This document shows positions 58,929 through 64,000 of a DNA stretch of 64,000 nucleotides, in pieces. The stretch comes from an uncultured Poribacteria bacterium (GTDB lineage: Bacteria; Poribacteria; WGA-4E; WGA-3G). The translations under genes and the position numbers were made by a program. The stretch is from positions 3,520,001 through 3,584,000 of the forward strand of contig CATQHZ020000001.1 of assembly GCA_958296135.2 (NCBI GenBank). The letters are read 5' to 3'. The stretch's first letter is position 1. Each line of letters opens with the position of its first letter. The notes beneath the pieces were generated by a model. That model was given only the letters and a program-made list of their open reading frames with translations. It had not been told where the DNA came from and searched no databases.

Positions 58929-59734
58929 TTAAACTGTTCCCCGAAGTCTCAACATATCGAGATAAGTCGAGACTTCTAAGTTCCTGCTTCATCACTTACC
59001 GCCTCCGAAACGCACCTGCCGATTTTGACGTAGGCATGCTTGCGAAAGCCAAGCATGCCGAAGATGTCTTATTCTGTAAACAGAATAAGACTGCGTCAAA
59101 ATCGGAGAAATGCGAATACTACGAGGTCTTACGCGAGCACCACAGGCGTTTTGCGTCTCGGTCAAACCAGCCGCGACGTTTTCTTTGTAGTTCTAGATAC
59201 TGCAGCGAAACAATCCTTTCTCCGATTTTTGTCGGTCGACGGCGTAGGCGTTCGGGACTACCGAACGCCGAAGATGCGCATTCGGCTTTGCGAATACGCT
59301 GCGCCGTCGACCGCGCGCAGTGTCATTTGCGAACAGGTCACAGACTGACCTATTCGGTTGTTCTAGGCGATCGTGCAGTGTTATTCGGAATACCGAATAA
59401 CACATCTTCGGCGGTTTGTTACTACAAACCGCCTACACGATCGCCAGCAGTTATTACAAACTACCTACGCAAAAATCGGCAGGGAATCGCGTCGGACTTA
59501 CGGCCCCCTCCACCGTCAGCGATGCAGTCGCACCACCGACTCTTAATACGCTTCACACGGGGGGTTAGGACATTACGCCTGCCTCTTGGTATCGTGCAGC
59601 AGGAAACGTTCTTCACGCTCCGTTCGCCATCCTCTCACCTGAGAGATAAAACGACTTAAATCAGATATGTTACGAATGAACGAGACTTACCGAGAATTCA
59701 ATCGATTTACTCGGATTTTCGGGCTCTAGCACTC
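58929..59734 (-). mobile_element. Non-autonomous IS607-left-end / tnpB-3'-end (omegaRNA-like) element with nested hairpin insertions
   Basis: 30/32 identity of 59703-59734 to the IS607 left end 49011-49042; minus-strand VAAGLTETQNACG tnpB-tail codons, GCCTGTGG..GTAAGACC..GAAGCAGGAA and terminal hairpin GAAGTCTC..GAGACTTC. Confidence 0.6.
59015..59483. repeat. Family of three-way-junction palindromic modules (3 intact + 1 disrupted outer copy)
   Basis: 59019-59105 (+), 59233-59313 (+), 59366-59445 (-): stem-G TA GGC-stem-GCC GAAGAT G-stem-C TG C-stem. Confidence 0.85.
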
Positions 59735-59839
59735 TCCTCCTTCCTAGCGGCACTGCGCGAAAACCTTGCGACTCAATTTAAATTATATCACATCAAGACG
59801 GAGGTTGCAACAAAAAAGTTGAATCGCTGCCGAAGCACG

Positions 59840-61030
59840 TTAACGGCGCGGGAAAAACGTATCAATGCCGGCATCAATATCCTCAATCGGGTGGCCGTAT
59901 TGCTGCCGATAGTTGTCGTGGATACCCTGTTCTGTCTCGGTGAGTGCCGTCAGCGGAAAGGTGAGGGTTTCTCGGCTCCGTTTGCCCGATTCCGCCATCG
60001 CGATGTTCATCTCCTGGTCTTGCCTAGCCAACAGTGCGCCGTATGCCGGCTCTGTGTCGTTAAGCACGGCAGTAGCGATGCTGAGCAATTCATCTGCCAC
60101 CGCAATCTGTCCTTCGGAGAGAGGATAGTGCTTAAGCGGGTTCTCCCACGTCACCGTCTGCTCAGGCAACTCCAACGTAATGTTCTCAATAACGGTGGCT
60201 CCATCCACGTCAATCGTGGTTCGCTTCGGCTGATATGCGATACCTTTCGCCCCAGATTGCAGTTCCTCAGCCGGTGTCACATAGATATCCTCGCCGACGA
60301 TGGTGCCTTTGCTGCCATCAATCTGCGAGATACCCGTTTGCCCGCGTCCCAAGGAACGCGCATGGATGACGTTAGAGTATACCATCAGCGCAGTCGCGCC
60401 GTTATCAAATTCAATGAAGCCGAGGCTCCAATTCTCGCTAGTGTGGTGCCGCTTCATCCTATCAATGATCGGAATCACCGGGCTAGTTTGCACAATCCCG
60501 AGTGCCGACTTCGGTTCGCCGCCGGCGCGAAGCCGCAGCATGCTCATCCCGTGATAGCCGCCTTCGTAAAAAATGCGATAAATCCGAGCGACATCGCCGA
60601 TGACATCCGCCGCGATAACCTCCGACAAGAACCGCTCGCGCGGGGCACGGTAGTAGTTCTCCGCCACTTCAAGTTTGACGTTATTCGCTTTGGCGCGTGC
60701 AATCATCAAATCTGTCGTCGGCAACGTCACAGCAATAGGCGTTTCACAGAGGATGTGAATCCCGGCATCCGCCATAAAGCACCCAACTGCATGATGCGCC
60801 ACACCGGGCACAGTAATATCAACAACATCAAGTACTTCCTGCTCAACGAGTGCACGGACGCTGGTGTAAGGTGTCGCACCGTATTGCTTGGCATAGCGCG
60901 TCGCCACCTCCTCATCTATATCACAAATTGCGACGAGGTTATAGACATCTTTGAGTTTCGCGATAACCGGCAGGTGCGCACCGCCCCCGCGCCGCCCCGC
61001 ACCGACTAAAGCAATATTGAGTTTTGACAT
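59840..61030 (-). CDS. Gfo/Idh/MocA family oxidoreductase
   Basis: ALVGAGRRG, HILCETP, VAENY; AGGAGG RBS. Confidence 0.88.
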   Translation of the reverse strand: MSKLNIALVGAGRRGGGAHLPVIAKLKDVYNLVAICDIDEEVATRYAKQYGATPYTSVRALVEQEVLDVVDITVPGVAHHAVGCFMADAGIHILCETPIAVTLPTTDLMIARAKANNVKLEVAENYYRAPRERFLSEVIAADVIGDVARIYRIFYEGGYHGMSMLRLRAGGEPKSALGIVQTSPVIPIIDRMKRHHTSENWSLGFIEFDNGATALMVYSNVIHARSLGRGQTGISQIDGSKGTIVGEDIYVTPAEELQSGAKGIAYQPKRTTIDVDGATVIENITLELPEQTVTWENPLKHYPLSEGQIAVADELLSIATAVLNDTEPAYGALLARQDQEMNIAMAESGKRSRETLTFPLTALTETEQGIHDNYRQQYGHPIEDIDAGIDTFFPRR

Positions 61031-61159
61031 GAAAAACCTCCTAACATGGAAAATGACAGAGCCCTGTCCTTGGCCTGTCCCCACCACGCCCGAGCGAGTC
61101 AAGAACGATTGGGAGAGACAGGCCCTCGCGCTACGATGGCAGCAGCATTTGCTGCTACA

Positions 61160-61300
61160 TCAGAGGCGTGCGGAATGTGTGCAACTACCGAGTCCCATCC
61201 GATATTTGATGTCGTAGTTGATGATGAAGTCTAACTCCTCATCCGTGAAGCTGTAGTGTTCCGCAAGCACCCGGTCGATGAGGACTTTGCGGAAGTCGCT
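61160..61300 (-). pseudogene. C-terminal remnant of an Eco57I-like restriction-modification enzyme
   Basis: IDRVLAEHYSFTDEELDFIINYDIKYRMG is characteristic of type IIG RM C-termini; bounded by REP-like copies at 61111-61134 and 61330-61353. Confidence 0.7.
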
Positions 61301-61485
61301 GTATCTTTGGGAGCGGCGAGCGTGGGATGTCGAGACCGGGAGGTCTCTCCTACTGGGCGGCGAGACAGGCTCTGCTTCATCAACAAACGCTTGCATCCGC
61401 TCAAGGCATGCTTCGTAGAGCGGCTCCAGGATATTTAGCGCGTTGACAAACCAGAACGATTCAGTTTTCTGTTACAGAAAAACGT

Positions 61486-61514
61486 TTGACATCCACTCCG
61501 GGAAATGCTATACT
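61486..61514 (+). promoter_or_regulatory. sigma70-like promoter
   Basis: TTGACA-17bp-(TG)TATACT. Confidence 0.65.
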
Positions 61515-61553
61515 TTCACAATAAACGCTTGCCTTGGCACTGACACTATCACT

Positions 61554-62309
61554 ATGCTTGCCCTCATCCTGAAAGAACTCCGTTCCTATACACGCTCCCG
61601 CAAATACCGGCGGCTCCACTTCCTGACATTAGCTGCACTCACGCTCTTGCTGTTTGTCGCCACCGTCGAATTTTATGCACAGAGCCGCACCGGTGCTGCC
61701 GTTGACGTAGGAAAACAAGCATACACCCTCTTCCTCGTCGCGCTTTTCCTCACGCAATTCCTCGTGCCGAGGCATGCCGTTGAAGCACTGCACAGTGAAC
61801 GACATCGCCACGCGACGAACGGTGCACTGCTTCGGCTAACGCCGCTGTCAGACTGGCACATCTTGGCTGGCAAACTGAGCGCGGTTGTTTTGTGGGAATT
61901 GTGGGGCGTTTGGCTAACAATACCATTGCTGGCACTCTCAAGTTACATCGGCGGTTTTGCCCTGCCGCAATTGCTGAAATGCGGCGCGGTGCTCATCGGG
62001 AGTTGCATCTTTTTCGCACTCATCGGTACCAGTTTTGCCCTATGGCATTCGCCCATCCGGGCCAAAGGTATCAGTTACGGAGCCGCCCTCCTCATCACGT
62101 TCCTCCCGCTGATTCCTTTGCCTCATATTGACGCACTCCCGATGTTGGAGGCAATGAGCCCCCTCTGCGCACTGTTAGCTATCCTCCGTTCAGAACCCAG
62201 ACAACTTTGGGTGTGGAACGTTGCGCTGTTTTGCGTCCTAGCTGTACCGCTTTTCTGGCTTGGCACGAAACGTTCAATAACCAGTTTTAAGTTACAGACA
62301 TCGGTTTGA
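61554..62309 (+). CDS. ABC-2 type permease-like membrane protein
   Basis: LILKELR, ER......LL.LTPL....IL.GKL, six hydrophobic segments. Confidence 0.75.
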   Translation: MLALILKELRSYTRSRKYRRLHFLTLAALTLLLFVATVEFYAQSRTGAAVDVGKQAYTLFLVALFLTQFLVPRHAVEALHSERHRHATNGALLRLTPLSDWHILAGKLSAVVLWELWGVWLTIPLLALSSYIGGFALPQLLKCGAVLIGSCIFFALIGTSFALWHSPIRAKGISYGAALLITFLPLIPLPHIDALPMLEAMSPLCALLAILRSEPRQLWVWNVALFCVLAVPLFWLGTKRSITSFKLQTSV

Positions 62310-63984
62310 ATTGACACCCCTCCACGAAGATTTCAAAGAAATCCGATGTTGTCTCCAACTCAATATGCTCAATGTTTTTGACGAACGCCTCAATCGCCGC
62401 ACGTTTCTCGCGTGAAAGCAAAACCGCTTTTGCACCGCTGATAGCCGCGTTTCCGATTTTGACAATCCGCGCAGCAGGAACAGGAGCCAAAAACCCAATG
62501 TCAACGGCATCCTGCAGGTTGACGTAGTTCGCAAATCCGCCTGCCAAAAAGAGTCGCGCGATGTCCTGAGGCGCGCAGCCGTAGTGCCGCAGCACTATGA
62601 ATTGCCCACAGTAGTTCGCCGCCTTCGCTTGTGCCAAGTTGCTCGCATCCTCACGGGAGAAGGTGATGCCATAATCCGGTAAGAGCGACAACTCACGCTG
62701 TTTCCTCTCCACAAAAACGCCTTTCGGACTCATCTGCTCGTGCCTGCGGAGCAACGCCAGCAGCGAAATCAGACCGGAACCACACAATCCTTGCGGCGGC
62801 TTTCCATCAATAGTCTCGTACGTAAACTCACCGTCGCGCCAGTTCATCGCCTCAATCGCACCGGGGTAAGCAGGCATGCCGTATGTGATACCGCCGCCTT
62901 CAAACGCCGGACCGGCGGGACAGGACGCGCAGACCATCCGTTCCGAATTTCCGACTACCACCTCCGTGTTTGTGCCGACATCAACGAGCATCATCACCTC
63001 GTCTCGCACGCTCATGTCAATTGCAACAAGATCTGCGGCGACATCGGCACCGACATGGCTCGCAATTAACGGCAGGCTGTAAACCATCGCTTTCGGGTTC
63101 GCACGGATGCCCAAACGTCGCGCCTTCTCGGTGAGCGAAGTCGTCGCGCGCACACCCTCGCGATACTCGTGCTCAATCACCGATTTATACGGTTTCTGCC
63201 CGATGCTCTGGACATCCTGCTTGAAGAAAATATCGCGCATCGTCGTGTTGCCAGCGACAACAATCTCATAAATCTCCTGCCGGACGAAATCATGTCGGAT
63301 GCACATCGCCATAATCTCGCTGTTGAGCGCGGCGATAAGCGAACGACGCAGTTCACCCTGAAACTGTCCATCGTAGGAGATGCGGTTCATGATGTCGCTG
63401 CCGCCGAAACGCTGCGGATTCTCAAAGGCACTGACAGAAACTGTCTTTCCACTCTCAAAATCCACGAGCTGGGCGACGACTGTCGTCGTGCCGATGTCCA
63501 ACGCAAGGCCGTAGAGATGGCCTCGAAACCGGTCTACCGGCTCAGTATCATAATAGACAACGCCATCCCGATGCGTCACCATCGGCTGCAGGTTGCTGTG
63601 CGTGCCAATGTCTACGGTATCTGTCAAAATCCTCGGCGTGCGGCGCAGCGGCTCAAAGGCTATGTCCGCGCCCGCATCCTGCACCACCGCTTGACAGGCA
63701 AGCCGGAAGTTATCCCGTAAGAAAGCCTCCGCTGCATTGAGAGGCGTAAGTGCTTGCATCCCCGCTTTTATCTCAACGATGCACTCGTGGCACTGGCCCG
63801 TGCGAAAGCAGGAGGTAGGCACTTGAATCGCCAACTCGTCCGCATAGTCAAAGATTGTTTTTCCGGCGGTAAGGGGTTGCGTTTTCCCATCGCAAGTGAT
63901 GCTCCCGGAACCGTAATTCACGTCAGGTGCCGCGTCTGGCTCCATTTCCCACGCGTGCCGGTAGTCTAATTTATCGTCACCCAC
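62287..63984 (-). CDS. ASKHA-domain [2Fe-2S] protein (DUF4445 / RACE-type corrinoid reactivation family)
   Basis: C..G.C..C and RLACQ ferredoxin; ALDIGTTTV, NPQ.FG.D..NRI, GNTTM, DVGTN.E, AGPAFEG, GLCGSG; start uncertain (frame open to window end). Confidence 0.85.
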   Translation of the reverse strand: MGDDKLDYRHAWEMEPDAAPDVNYGSGSITCDGKTQPLTAGKTIFDYADELAIQVPTSCFRTGQCHECIVEIKAGMQALTPLNAAEAFLRDNFRLACQAVVQDAGADIAFEPLRRTPRILTDTVDIGTHSNLQPMVTHRDGVVYYDTEPVDRFRGHLYGLALDIGTTTVVAQLVDFESGKTVSVSAFENPQRFGGSDIMNRISYDGQFQGELRRSLIAALNSEIMAMCIRHDFVRQEIYEIVVAGNTTMRDIFFKQDVQSIGQKPYKSVIEHEYREGVRATTSLTEKARRLGIRANPKAMVYSLPLIASHVGADVAADLVAIDMSVRDEVMMLVDVGTNTEVVVGNSERMVCASCPAGPAFEGGGITYGMPAYPGAIEAMNWRDGEFTYETIDGKPPQGLCGSGLISLLALLRRHEQMSPKGVFVERKQRELSLLPDYGITFSREDASNLAQAKAANYCGQFIVLRHYGCAPQDIARLFLAGGFANYVNLQDAVDIGFLAPVPAARIVKIGNAAISGAKAVLLSREKRAAIEAFVKNIEHIELETTSDFFEIFVEGCQFKPMSVT

Positions 63985-64000
63985 GCACAGCAGCCCGGTG

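Noticed and set aside
59019-59445. Hammerhead ribozyme interpretation of the three-way junctions
   Set aside because: The junctions (TA, GAAGAT, TG or their complements) lack the CUGANGA and GAAA cores
58886-59659. 257-aa plus-strand ORF
   Set aside because: No recognisable motifs, atypical composition, and it runs through palindromic modules; better explained as a non-coding mobile element
58929-59734. Group I intron (IStron)
   Set aside because: I could not identify the P7/J8-7 core by eye and the element is intergenic; an Infernal scan would settle this

Overview
A ~55% GC bacterial window. Gene content and repeat style suggest Candidatus Poribacteria, but that is an inference only. Housekeeping and catabolic genes (yiaK, FAH, GH13, rhmD-like, mtaB-rsmE-rpe-PASTA-fmt, lspA, yggT-proC-yggS, pgeF, tatAC) flank the main candidate for a new system. 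This is a ~20 kb, 12-gene, co-oriented minus-strand locus (16312-36492). It joins a ZorA/ZorB-like (MotA/MotB) membrane motor to a zinc-ribbon beta-propeller, a membrane-anchored vWA protein, a 1124-aa tubulin/FtsZ-like protein, an intact and a degenerate Hsp70, two GrpE-domain paralogs, a transglutaminase-like enzyme and an Ig/CBM48 scaffold. No Zorya ZorC/D/E effector and no J-domain gene are visible. Other notable items are: an IS607 element whose TnpB has a pro-Fanzor-type RuvC; a non-coding ~800 bp IS607-end/TnpB-omegaRNA-like element containing nested three-way-junction modules with covarying stems; an IleRS paralog lacking HIGH and KMSKS; and GTAG-type REP-like repeats, several of which lie in frame inside conserved genes. 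All product calls come from motif recognition by eye; no database searches were run.
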